This document shows positions 14,025-22,847 of a DNA stretch of 64,000 nt, piece after piece. This DNA comes from Tetramitus jugosus (taxonomy: Eukaryota; Protista; Heterolobosea), in the NCBI GenBank assembly GCA_937625935.1, contig OW569344.1, positions 186,001 through 250,000 on the forward strand. Reading direction: 5' to 3'. The translations under genes were made by a program, and so were the position numbers. The notes beneath the pieces are model-generated. The model had not been told where the DNA came from and searched no databases. It was given only the letters and a program-made list of their open reading frames with translations. Each line of letters opens with the position of its first letter. The stretch's first letter is position 1.

Positions 14025-14645
14025 TTATTCGACATAATCAAATTCTTCGGGCAGTTCAAAACTCTTATCAAACGTTGCTCCATCCATACTATACTTTGTC
14101 ATACAAACCTTCTTCAATTCAAAAATATTGTCCGTATTTCTCTCCACAGCCTCCTTTGCCACCAAAGCATCATCTTCAATCTTCTTAATGAGATCAGGGT
14201 CCAAATCTGCATACTGTTGCAACTCCTTGTCCAATTCTTGCTTCCTCCCCTTTAATCGCTCATATTTTTCCAATTGTTCCGTTCGTTCCTCTGATTCCAT
14301 CTTGTCGTTTGCTTCTTCCTCAATTTCCTCTTCGAGTTTTGCCTTTTTGCTCCGTAAATCATCCATCTCCGTTGTCAACGCATCTACTTTTCTCTTCCTG
14401 GATGCTGCTGCTTGACTGGGAAAGCACCAATAATAGTTGGATTGACCAATTTTATCAGTTTCGACTCGATTGTCAGAGACGAGCATGCCTAGCATTTGTT
14501 TAACGAGAGGAAACTTGATGGCTGCAATGGCTTTGGGCACCAGTGTTTCCAGTTCTGCCATGGAATAGGGTTCGACCTTGTCTAGAAAGTATTGTTCAAA
14601 TAGGTCGAGTTTTTCTTCAGTGGATACGGTTTTTCTCTTGGACAT
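14025..14645 (-). CDS. MND1: Meiotic nuclear division protein 1
   Basis: 206 aa. ELETLVPK, LVSDNRVETDKIGQSNYYWCFPS, a coiled coil, and ERNTDNIF...FELPEEFDYVE. Confidence 0.93.
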   Translation of the reverse strand: MSKRKTVSTEEKLDLFEQYFLDKVEPYSMAELETLVPKAIAAIKFPLVKQMLGMLVSDNRVETDKIGQSNYYWCFPSQAAASRKRKVDALTTEMDDLRSKKAKLEEEIEEEANDKMESEERTEQLEKYERLKGRKQELDKELQQYADLDPDLIKKIEDDALVAKEAVERNTDNIFELKKVCMTKYSMDGATFDKSFELPEEFDYVE

Positions 14646-14725
14646 TTTTTATTCTTGTTATTGTGTTTGTTTGGTGGTTGTTGTTGTTTGATTGCGTTTT
14701 TCTCAACAAATACGAGAGCTATGGG

Positions 14726-14742
14726 TTCCAGCAATTTGGGGA
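14726..14742 (+). repeat. Target-site duplication, left copy (TTCCAGCAATTTGGGGA)
   Basis: Identical 17-mer at 19951-19967. The flanking bases differ on both sides. Confidence 0.95.
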
Positions 14743-14759
14743 TATAAAAAGTCTTTTAT

Positions 14760-14825
14760 TGAGGAATACGGTGCTGTGCCTTGACGGCTAATGAGTGCGA
14801 CAGAGTCGCACCCCGTATCATCTCA
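14760..14825 (-). other. Three-way-junction RNA structure in the retrotransposon 3' UTR
   Basis: On the sense strand, TGAG..GATACGG / CCGTATT..CTCA encloses GGTGCGAC-TCT-GTCGCACT and GCC-GTCAA-GGC. The G-U wobbles work on the element's sense strand. Confidence 0.6.
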
Positions 14826-14851
14826 TGATTTGGTTTGTGGTTATGGTCCCT

Positions 14852-17800
14852 TTAGGAGGGGGCAATGGATTGGTAGTGTTGTATGCATCTTTTGTAGGCG
14901 GTGTAAATGAACCAGGCTAGGTGCTTGGAGATGTTGTCTAGCGTATGAGTGATGAGCGCATTGGTGCCTTTTGTTGATAGGGCCTCCTTGACACTTACAT
15001 GTAGAGTGTCTCTGAGTTTTGTGATCGTACTTTGGTAATAGATTCCTCTCCAGTCAATAATCACTGAGTCGTTTGGTGGTGGTTCTTCTTCAGTCCAGTC
15101 CAACGTTAGATCGACATCGAAGTTCTCGGAGTTAATATAGGACTGTAGAAATTGAACGGTTTGAAGCCTGATGTCTGTTGTTCGAACACACTGGGCTACG
15201 ATATGGAGTAGTGTGGCTTCTTGACCACAATTGCATATTTGAAATTCACTTTGTCTCGTTCTGTTGCAGAAGGTATCTAATCTTGATTTCAATAGAACAT
15301 TGCTTTCCAAGGGACTAAAGCGTTTCGAGTTCCAATGATTGAACGTGTAGGGATGTATGTTATGCAATGAGGGAGTTTCATACCCCTCTCTTGTAAGAGA
15401 GTAGCTTTTCATGTGCACAGTATGGATCACCTGAGATATATTAGGGGAGCATGAAAAGCCATCAGTCCAGTAGAAGCTCTCTTGCGCACTTCGAATTTTA
15501 TCATAGATATCGGCTCTAATACTGCTAGTAAGTCCAGTTTTAGCAAGTCGATCGGCTGCGTTATTCTGTGTCGAATTGGCATGTCCTTTGACCCACTTCA
15601 GAGTCATAATCAAATTCTTTTCTCTTAGAGTTTTGAAATATAGAGAGGCAATGTCGGCATTTTTTGCCCACCTTGGACTACTGTCCATACTTACCGTTGT
15701 TTTGTTATCACACATTGCTAGGATGCTAGCCTCGTTTGGTGCCAATAGGGCTGCCACAGTCATCGTTATAGTTTCTGCATGGGTAGAAGAGTTTGCGTAT
15801 GGTATATGAAAGTATTGTTCGAGGATTGTGTTATCACTAGAATCAGCCCATACAATACCACCGCCTCCTTTACCACTGACAACGTCGAAGGAAGCGTCAG
15901 TCCAACAGTGCTTGATACTGGGGAGAAGCTCTTTAGGTATGTCTACGATGGTCCATTGATCTCGAGCAAATTCAACCCTTACTGGGTTTAGGTCATGGCT
16001 ATTCCTTTTGCCTAAGTAAATACCAGCATTGTTCATTTCTTCAATTGTGGTGATGTCTCTCCTCCAATTTAGAATTGGACTCAATTTCTTGTTCTGCAGT
16101 CGTTTCAATTGATCAATAATAGGTTCACTACAGCATTCTAAGTTACTATTGAGATTCGCTAAAAGCGCACTCGCTCTAGAGTTAAGGGCAATTGCTTCTC
16201 CATGGGCTACTCCGAATCCAAAATTTTCCCTGCTCATATGTATGAAGTTGGATGGTGTTTTAAAGGAGCTATATGTAACATTCCTCAATGTTTTCCTAAC
16301 TTTTTTAGTAATGTTTTCAAGCACCGTGTTACTCACATCACCCAGTGCCGTAAAGTATCTCACTTTTCCTTGTACAATTGCGTTAATCACCCTGATGACC
16401 GAGTTTGGTTTGAGTCCTTTCAACTGTAAACCACTTAGGGCCATCTCTACCTCCTTCTCCAGTGCTGAATAATCAATCCTGTGTCCATCAGCTCGGAGAA
16501 TGTATCCAACAATCTTAAAGGACTCATTGGGAGTTAAAACTTTCATCGGTGTGTTGTTTATCGAACCTTGTTCGACGCAACAGCTCTTGTTGTTCTTGAA
16601 GGATAAGCCTGTCTGCATTGTCTTCGAGTCATTAATGCGAAGTTCAAGGTCATTGCATAACTTCTGTAATAGATCCATTTGGGTGTCCATGGCTTGTTTT
16701 GACCGAGCTACGAGGGTAACATCATCCGCATAGGACATCACACTTAATTTTGTTTTTCCCAAGGGAAAGCCTGTATCAGAGGAGTTGATAACTCTAGATA
16801 TAAGTTCAGTATAAAGGTTAAACAGGGTCGGGGATAGTGGGTCTCCTTGGGGAACTCCCCTTTTGACTTTAACAGTGTCCGATAGTCCGTGGAAGGTTTT
16901 GATTCTAATTCTGTGATCTCTACATATCGTGCTGATCAATGTTGTCGTGTTGTGAGGAAAACCTAGTCCTAATAAAATTTTTTCAAGTGTGTCGTAGTTG
17001 ACAGTGCCATAAGCATCAGAAAAATCGATCAATGTGAGATAGATCGGTGCCCTGTCCTTTTTCGCAACTAAGAGCCCGTTTTGTATGGATTTGGCTATCT
17101 CAACCGTTCTACCTCCCTTAACGAACCCTCTTTGTGTGATAGAAAGTACCTTGTTAGATCTAATGATTCTGTTTAGTCGACGATTAACAATGCTGGAAAA
17201 GACTCTATAGAGACAAGGCAGGACCGTAATAGGGCGGTAATTCTTCGGATCTGACAGTTCAATGTCATCTAAACCTTGTTTTTTGGGTAGTAGTGTCACA
17301 TATCCTACCTTGCATTTCTCATCAATCTTCTGCTCTCCTGACAATATTCTTGACATAGTTTCAGCCACAGTTATTAGAAAAGAGTCTGAGAGAGCAAAAA
17401 GCATACCAAAGGTTATTCCATCCAATCCTGGAGTACGTCTTGATTTGTTCGATTTGATTACTGCACGCAGTTCTTGTATTTCAATTTCTTTATGGAGAGA
17501 GACAGTATTTACCTTGTTCTGCCCCAATTGATCAATCATATTGAACGTTCTCGTCGGTGGTGTGTTCGTTTGTTTTCTATCAAAGAACTGTTTGACCCCA
17601 TGCAATACAGTCCCTGGGTCATACGAGATTCTATCGTCCTTTGCAATACGGTACAATTCATTACTTCCTGTTTTGGTTCTAGCAACCTTAAACAGGAGTT
17701 TTGGACTTGGGTCTACCAAGTTCTTAGCATAACGCTTCTTTTTAATCTTGATAGCTTCCCAAATAGCTTGTCTGTGTTTCTCCCTGGTATCCTTAATTTC

Positions 17801-18826
17801 GTGATCAATATTTTGCTTGTTCCTAAGATGGGGTGGAGGTTCGAATGATTGCGGCCAAGTTGTCTTGTTGTTCATAACGAACTTTCTATAGCGATAGAGT
17901 TGTTCAAGGCGCTTCTTATATCTGTTGAGTTTAGTTCCGCGAAGGAAGTTGAATGGCTTGGTTGATTGCAGTAGTACTTTCTTGAAGGTTTTGGTTGCGG
18001 CACTTTTCAAAATCTTTTGAACATCGTGTAGTTTGTTGACACCTTTATGTCTTAGTAGTTCATCTGCGTGGTCCTTGAATAGAGCTAATGTCTCTGTATT
18101 AATGTTCGAGAATTTTGTTTGTTTTTTCGTTTCATTGCTCGCTGGGATGTTGATCGTGATTCTGATTGGCTCGTGATCAGATTGAGTAAATCCATAATGA
18201 AGCACTTCAAACTTCTGCTCAAACTCTTTTGAACAGATGGCATAATCCAGGAAATTACCTCTGTTGTGAGTTGGTTCGTCCAGGAAATGAATCTTAAGGT
18301 TATGAAATTCGCATAAGTTTTTGATCGGAATGGCTCTTGCTACTTCTTTCCGGTAGTTTAGGTTAAAATCTCCCATGCAAAGATAAATGGAGGAGTCGTT
18401 GTTTGTAAAATATTGGTTCGTCTCTTCTATAATGCGTTCTCTATGTTCATTGTGATGTTTTGTTCTGTGGGATGATAGGTATATGTTGGCAATCGACAGG
18501 AGGTATCCTCTTATGGCCAGAGTCGTATATATTGCGTCTGAAGGTGCCACTTGGCTCTTCAGAGTATTGAGTTTGTATTTAGCCAAGTCTTTCTTCATAA
18601 TGATGATGTTTCCATGTCGCCTCTTCTCGTCTAGAGCCATGATAGACTTAAATGGTTTAAAGATGGATCTGATCTCTTTTGCCTCTTCTTGGGTTGCTTT
18701 TGCTTCTTGAACAAGAATGATGTCACATTGGTTGGTGTAGATGAGTTGTTTGATCTCATGGGCTTTCTCCTTGATTCCACCATTGACATTCCAAGAGATT
18801 ATTTTAATGGTTGTGTGGCTATTCAT
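14852..18826 (-). CDS. Retrotransposon ORF2: AP endonuclease, reverse transcriptase, RNase H, CCHC knuckle
   Basis: APE: ISWNVNG, LVQE, GDFN, LDY, SDHEPI. RT: TPGLDG, NYRPIT, QRGF, IDFSDAY, GVPQGDPLSPTLF, YADD. RNase H: WTDAS, AE, CDN, WVKGHANSTQNNAADRLAK. Knuckle: CNCGQEATLLHIVAQC. Confidence 0.97.
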   Translation of the reverse strand: MNSHTTIKIISWNVNGGIKEKAHEIKQLIYTNQCDIILVQEAKATQEEAKEIRSIFKPFKSIMALDEKRRHGNIIIMKKDLAKYKLNTLKSQVAPSDAIYTTLAIRGYLLSIANIYLSSHRTKHHNEHRERIIEETNQYFTNNDSSIYLCMGDFNLNYRKEVARAIPIKNLCEFHNLKIHFLDEPTHNRGNFLDYAICSKEFEQKFEVLHYGFTQSDHEPIRITINIPASNETKKQTKFSNINTETLALFKDHADELLRHKGVNKLHDVQKILKSAATKTFKKVLLQSTKPFNFLRGTKLNRYKKRLEQLYRYRKFVMNNKTTWPQSFEPPPHLRNKQNIDHEIKDTREKHRQAIWEAIKIKKKRYAKNLVDPSPKLLFKVARTKTGSNELYRIAKDDRISYDPGTVLHGVKQFFDRKQTNTPPTRTFNMIDQLGQNKVNTVSLHKEIEIQELRAVIKSNKSRRTPGLDGITFGMLFALSDSFLITVAETMSRILSGEQKIDEKCKVGYVTLLPKKQGLDDIELSDPKNYRPITVLPCLYRVFSSIVNRRLNRIIRSNKVLSITQRGFVKGGRTVEIAKSIQNGLLVAKKDRAPIYLTLIDFSDAYGTVNYDTLEKILLGLGFPHNTTTLISTICRDHRIRIKTFHGLSDTVKVKRGVPQGDPLSPTLFNLYTELISRVINSSDTGFPLGKTKLSVMSYADDVTLVARSKQAMDTQMDLLQKLCNDLELRINDSKTMQTGLSFKNNKSCCVEQGSINNTPMKVLTPNESFKIVGYILRADGHRIDYSALEKEVEMALSGLQLKGLKPNSVIRVINAIVQGKVRYFTALGDVSNTVLENITKKVRKTLRNVTYSSFKTPSNFIHMSRENFGFGVAHGEAIALNSRASALLANLNSNLECCSEPIIDQLKRLQNKKLSPILNWRRDITTIEEMNNAGIYLGKRNSHDLNPVRVEFARDQWTIVDIPKELLPSIKHCWTDASFDVVSGKGGGGIVWADSSDNTILEQYFHIPYANSSTHAETITMTVAALLAPNEASILAMCDNKTTVSMDSSPRWAKNADIASLYFKTLREKNLIMTLKWVKGHANSTQNNAADRLAKTGLTSSIRADIYDKIRSAQESFYWTDGFSCSPNISQVIHTVHMKSYSLTREGYETPSLHNIHPYTFNHWNSKRFSPLESNVLLKSRLDTFCNRTRQSEFQICNCGQEATLLHIVAQCVRTTDIRLQTVQFLQSYINSENFDVDLTLDWTEEEPPPNDSVIIDWRGIYYQSTITKLRDTLHVSVKEALSTKGTNALITHTLDNISKHLAWFIYTAYKRCIQHYQSIAPS

Positions 18827-19946
18827 TATTGAGTATTGGATCCATGCTGCTCATGGTGTTTCTTGCCCTGATTGTCTGTTGTGATTTGGGATTCTTTTCG
18901 TCAGAATTGCTTCCTAAATTTCCCAGTCTATGTATTATATGGTTCAATGACATGTTAAGACCAGCTTCTAAGGCAACATGTCTTTGAGTGACTCCTTTCA
19001 TGATATTCTTCATGTATTCGATCTTCTCCACTGTTCTTCCGAGTTGCTCGTCTATCAAGTTCGTGTGTGTTGTCGTCAAACTGTTGAAAATTCTCTTGAC
19101 CGTCTCTTCGATAAATCCCTTCAAATCTTGTGACTTTTGGGTCAATGATGATTCTCTACTCGGTTGTTTGCTTCTAGCATTTCCAAAGTTCTTTCGATTG
19201 TGCGAATTGCACTCCAATTTGATTCCTGAGACTGTTTGTGTATTACCTAAGGTATCACATTGTATCTTGTCCAAAAAGAACATTAAGAGAAGACTCTTCC
19301 TGTGGTCTGTTTCTCTGAAGTATATGTATGTTCGAAATTTGTTAAACTTCTTCCTTGAAAATCTAATGATCGTTTCTGCTTCATCGCTTGAAACGTTTTT
19401 TATTCTAACAACATAATCCTTCGTACTCTTAGCACCTGGGACTATGGTGCGATCCCTGTTGTTGAGTTCACATGCAAGTTGTACTTGTTCCTCGCTTTCG
19501 AACGAGAAAATAGCTGCTCCAACATTATCCTGTGAAAGTTCAACGGGTTTACCGCCAATACTAGCGATTGCTTCTCTGGTTCGTCTGATAAATTCAATGT
19601 CGTATTTATGGTGCAGTACTTTTACTGTGTTTCTCCAGTCAATTTTTCTTAACTGTTTGTTTCGGAATGTGTCCTTCTGTTTGTTTGACTGCTGACTTTT
19701 TCTTGTCACTTCTATGAATGAATTGTCTGGCGGTTCTTGTTTGTGATATTGACGGGATTTTATCCATCTTATGGCTGGGATTTGATTCACAATAGGTTGG
19801 GTCGGTTTGTTGCTTCGAATCTTTGGTATTTCTTTGGGTGGAATGTAGGATTTGACAACGTCTGCATACGTGATCGTTTTATGTCTTGCTCTTGCTGGTT
19901 GATTCCTGTAGGTAGTGATGGGATGTGTGGTGTTTGTTTTTCGCAT
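18819..19946 (-). CDS. Retrotransposon ORF1 (basic, putative RRM plus coiled-coil RNA chaperone)
   Basis: 375-aa ORF inside the TSDs, overlapping ORF2 by 8 nt (ATGAATAG). It has an RNP1-like segment AAIFSFESEEQVQLACELN and a C-terminal heptad region. Confidence 0.85.
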   Translation of the reverse strand: MRKTNTTHPITTYRNQPARARHKTITYADVVKSYIPPKEIPKIRSNKPTQPIVNQIPAIRWIKSRQYHKQEPPDNSFIEVTRKSQQSNKQKDTFRNKQLRKIDWRNTVKVLHHKYDIEFIRRTREAIASIGGKPVELSQDNVGAAIFSFESEEQVQLACELNNRDRTIVPGAKSTKDYVVRIKNVSSDEAETIIRFSRKKFNKFRTYIYFRETDHRKSLLLMFFLDKIQCDTLGNTQTVSGIKLECNSHNRKNFGNARSKQPSRESSLTQKSQDLKGFIEETVKRIFNSLTTTHTNLIDEQLGRTVEKIEYMKNIMKGVTQRHVALEAGLNMSLNHIIHRLGNLGSNSDEKNPKSQQTIRARNTMSSMDPILNNE

Positions 19947-19950
19947 TTTT

Positions 19951-19967
19951 TTCCAGCAATTTGGGGA
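19951..19967 (+). repeat. Target-site duplication, right copy
   Basis: Identical to 14726-14742. Confidence 0.95.
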
Positions 19968-20046
19968 AGTGATCCCGGAGATATTTTATCGCCGCAAACC
20001 AAAAACGCGACAAATTGGAATGAGATCAACACAGCTGCCCCGAGCA

Positions 20047-20643
20047 ATGAGCTTCATGGACTCCAACAAGAAGACAACAAAAGCATGCATTCTATTTTCC
20101 ACAAGTTGCTGCCTTTTACTTGCACTGTTCTTTGTGCACTCTACCAACTGTCGCAGTTTTCCCTTCCCTCTCAACTCGCACAACTATCATCATAGTCAAA
20201 ACTATCACAACTACAACAGTCAACAGAAGAATAGAAACATTATAAAACTAACTCCCGAAACCATTTACGAAACAATAGAAAACAACAATGTGCTCATCCA
20301 TTTTCATGTTCCTTCCTGTGGTCACTGTAAACGTTTCTCCGCCGTAATGGATCAATTGGCGCATTTGATGCATGTTTCCGAGAAGAATGGGGAAGTGATG
20401 ATTGCAGAGATGGATCTGTCATTGCACAAGCACATTAAGGAAGAATTTTCGATTGAGGGATTTCCTACTGTGAAACTGTTTTTAAAGAGGAGTTTAAGTG
20501 AGGATAGTGGTGCGGAAGAAGCAGAAGAAGAAGAAAGTACGACACGACGTGTGTCAGCAGAGTTTGAGGGTGAAAGAACCACGAACAAATTATTGGATTT
20601 CTTGCATGAAAAGTTGCATGAAAAGTTGCATGACTATGAATAG
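20047..20643 (+). CDS. Single-domain thioredoxin/PDI-like secretory-pathway protein
   Basis: Hydrophobic signal segment, SCGHCK active site, IEGFPTV and FEGERT. The start could be 20020, 20047 or 20056. Confidence 0.85.
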   Translation: MSFMDSNKKTTKACILFSTSCCLLLALFFVHSTNCRSFPFPLNSHNYHHSQNYHNYNSQQKNRNIIKLTPETIYETIENNNVLIHFHVPSCGHCKRFSAVMDQLAHLMHVSEKNGEVMIAEMDLSLHKHIKEEFSIEGFPTVKLFLKRSLSEDSGAEEAEEEESTTRRVSAEFEGERTTNKLLDFLHEKLHEKLHDYE

Positions 20644-20728
20644 TATTATATGTATATAGAAAGATTGATATTGAACACATAAAGATTGAAACCAATCTGT
20701 TTTAATTTTCGAATTGTTTTTCTGTGTT

Positions 20729-22672
20729 TCACGTTGACCATTGAGCTGTGAATTGTTCCAGGTTCATGATTAAGTCACGGGATGTTGTCTTTCCATGGAA
20801 AACCTCGTGGAATGGCAACAAGTTTCCGCTCTTGTTGTTGTTCGCCTGGTTCGCATAGGCATTGGTATCGTCAATGATGGCGAACAGAACGACTCGGAAT
20901 GTGTTCTGATATGCAGGTTCATTGAGAACTTGCTTGAATAGCTCTGCCATGTGTCGTGCGGGACTGGAGTACACTCCTGATCCCCATGCAGACAGAACCA
21001 AGCTATCATGTTTCTTTCCGATAGCAGTGTTGAATAGCACTCGAATCTTTTGCAAGATCTTGGTGATAATCTTGCCACTGAATCTCCATTCCGCTTGATC
21101 GTCCTCTTCATCGCTGCTCTGATCGTTGTCATCATTGTGAGACTCACTCAAGTCATTAGACTGATCTCTGGCTCTTTCGAGAGGCGGATTAGAATAGGTG
21201 GACATGGCAATCATAGAGATATCGATTGGTTTTTGGAGAAATGCATAACCGTGTCGTTCAGAGTCTCGTATTACTGTACATTTGGGAACATAGACACATC
21301 CCATTTCTGGTAAAGGATAGGACCATGGTCTCTCAGGTGATAATAGATATGGATCATCGAGGCACATGTACAATTGAGAACGTCTTGAAATCTCTTCCTC
21401 CTGGGCACCAGATCCGCTTCGATAACCACCTCCTGGATGACTCTGAGATGCCATAACAAGCATCGCAGGATTAAGTCTGAACCGTCTTTTGAGCTCAATT
21501 GCCGCACTTAGACAATCGCTGTCCAATACAAAAATATCAGTCTTTGCAAATCGTTTGGCTTGTGGCTTTGATGGCTGTTCTGTGACATCGGCTTCTTCGT
21601 CTTCATCGCTGTCTTCATCTTGTCTTCGCTTACCTTTTCTATTCTTCTTTTTCTTTTGGCTGTTGTCTCCCTTGTTTCGCAACTTGGTAGTATTCAGTGT
21701 TTGGTCATGTATCATTGTCGTATGCTTCACATTGGCAACAAGATTGTTCCAGTTCAATAATACGGTTGATACCTCAGGAATAGAGTTCAAACTGTCCTCT
21801 TCATCTACTGTATCAAATGCTTCACTCGTGAAATCTTCATCCAATTCTTCTTCTTCAATCTCTGCATCTTCATCGATTTGATCTTCATTGTCTAGCTCTT
21901 GATCCATATTGTCTTCTTCTTCACCTTGCTCAATGGAAACATCATCCGATCGATTGAACGACGATTTGCTTGACAATCTTTGCCAATATTGACGGGCCCA
22001 AGCATCTCCATCCTCAGATAGGACATAATACTTGCATCTACCAAACGCCTGTATCGTTTCAATCATGACAATTTTACGCAGAGAGCGACGCGCATTGGCA
22101 TACTCTCTATAGTTGTAATGATAGAAAAAGTGTCGGAACTGATGTGGACAAAACAGCGGCTTCTTCACCATCATCGACACCAGAGAGCTCAAATATTGCT
22201 TCTTTGTGAGCTTAATGCACTTTTCATACATTTCGTTCGGATGTTTCACATGGTTCAACAAATGAGCATGAAGATTATAATTCTGAAGCTCTTCAGCTTC
22301 ACTAGACAATAGCTCATCTCCACCTTCACCTGATTCTTTGTTACTACTACTTCTGAACTCCTCATCTTCATTGTCAGATGCAGATGATGAATTTTCTTCA
22401 TCATCTGTTTCTACCTTGTCCTGCTGTTCTTTAATTGCTTGAATTCTCCTGCACAACTGAAGATATCGTTTGAGTGTGACTGACTGGTTGGAAGAGTGTC
22501 TTAGCATATCAATCGACAATCCAAATGGAGGTGATGGTTTGTCTCTGCGACTGACGAGTTGATGCGATGATGGAGTCACACTTGTTGCTTGTTGTTGTTG
22601 GTCAGTGTTACCATTGGACTTGGATCTCGAAGAAGATGAAGCCTTCTTCTTTCCCTTGTTGATTTCTCCCAT
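20729..22672 (-). CDS. Bacterial-type poly(ADP-ribose) glycohydrolase (DUF2263/TIGR02452 macrodomain) with N-terminal extension
   Basis: MASQSHPGGGYRSGSGAQEEEISRRSQL (GGG-x-QEE catalytic loop), LVLSAWGSGVY and FRVVLFAI. First plausible ATG is 22672. Confidence 0.85.
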   Translation of the reverse strand: MGEINKGKKKASSSSRSKSNGNTDQQQQATSVTPSSHQLVSRRDKPSPPFGLSIDMLRHSSNQSVTLKRYLQLCRRIQAIKEQQDKVETDDEENSSSASDNEDEEFRSSSNKESGEGGDELLSSEAEELQNYNLHAHLLNHVKHPNEMYEKCIKLTKKQYLSSLVSMMVKKPLFCPHQFRHFFYHYNYREYANARRSLRKIVMIETIQAFGRCKYYVLSEDGDAWARQYWQRLSSKSSFNRSDDVSIEQGEEEDNMDQELDNEDQIDEDAEIEEEELDEDFTSEAFDTVDEEDSLNSIPEVSTVLLNWNNLVANVKHTTMIHDQTLNTTKLRNKGDNSQKKKKNRKGKRRQDEDSDEDEEADVTEQPSKPQAKRFAKTDIFVLDSDCLSAAIELKRRFRLNPAMLVMASQSHPGGGYRSGSGAQEEEISRRSQLYMCLDDPYLLSPERPWSYPLPEMGCVYVPKCTVIRDSERHGYAFLQKPIDISMIAMSTYSNPPLERARDQSNDLSESHNDDNDQSSDEEDDQAEWRFSGKIITKILQKIRVLFNTAIGKKHDSLVLSAWGSGVYSSPARHMAELFKQVLNEPAYQNTFRVVLFAIIDDTNAYANQANNNKSGNLLPFHEVFHGKTTSRDLIMNLEQFTAQWST

Positions 22673-22847
22673 GATGTGAATCGAGCTTTCTTTTGGTTTG
22701 TTTGTTTCTCTGATCTGGGAATGAGAAAAGAGTTGTTGAGTTCTGCAAACTCTGGTTCCAGCTCGGGATGGAGCTTTGCTCCACGCTAAAATTAGTTGAC
22801 ACTTCCGCTCACTCCAAAAAACCAAAACACAGCACAAAAGAGAACAA

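Larger units (their letters stand above)
14743..19950 (-). mobile_element. Intact two-ORF non-LTR retrotransposon (L1-group, Proto1-like architecture), 5208 bp
   Basis: Uninterrupted, intronless ORF1 and ORF2 (APE-RT-RNase H-CCHC) bounded by a perfect 17-bp direct repeat. Confidence 0.95.

Noticed and set aside
14785-14820. Hammerhead-like CTAATGA plus stem on the + strand of the element 3' UTR
   Set aside because: The core needs CUGANGA and GAAA after stem II. The sequence has CUAAUGA and CCCG, and the wobble pairs favour the opposite strand.
19915-20046. Extended N-terminus of the thioredoxin ORF starting inside the retroelement
   Set aside because: It begins at a non-ATG codon antisense to ORF1 and crosses the TSD. 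The signal peptide follows the downstream ATGs.
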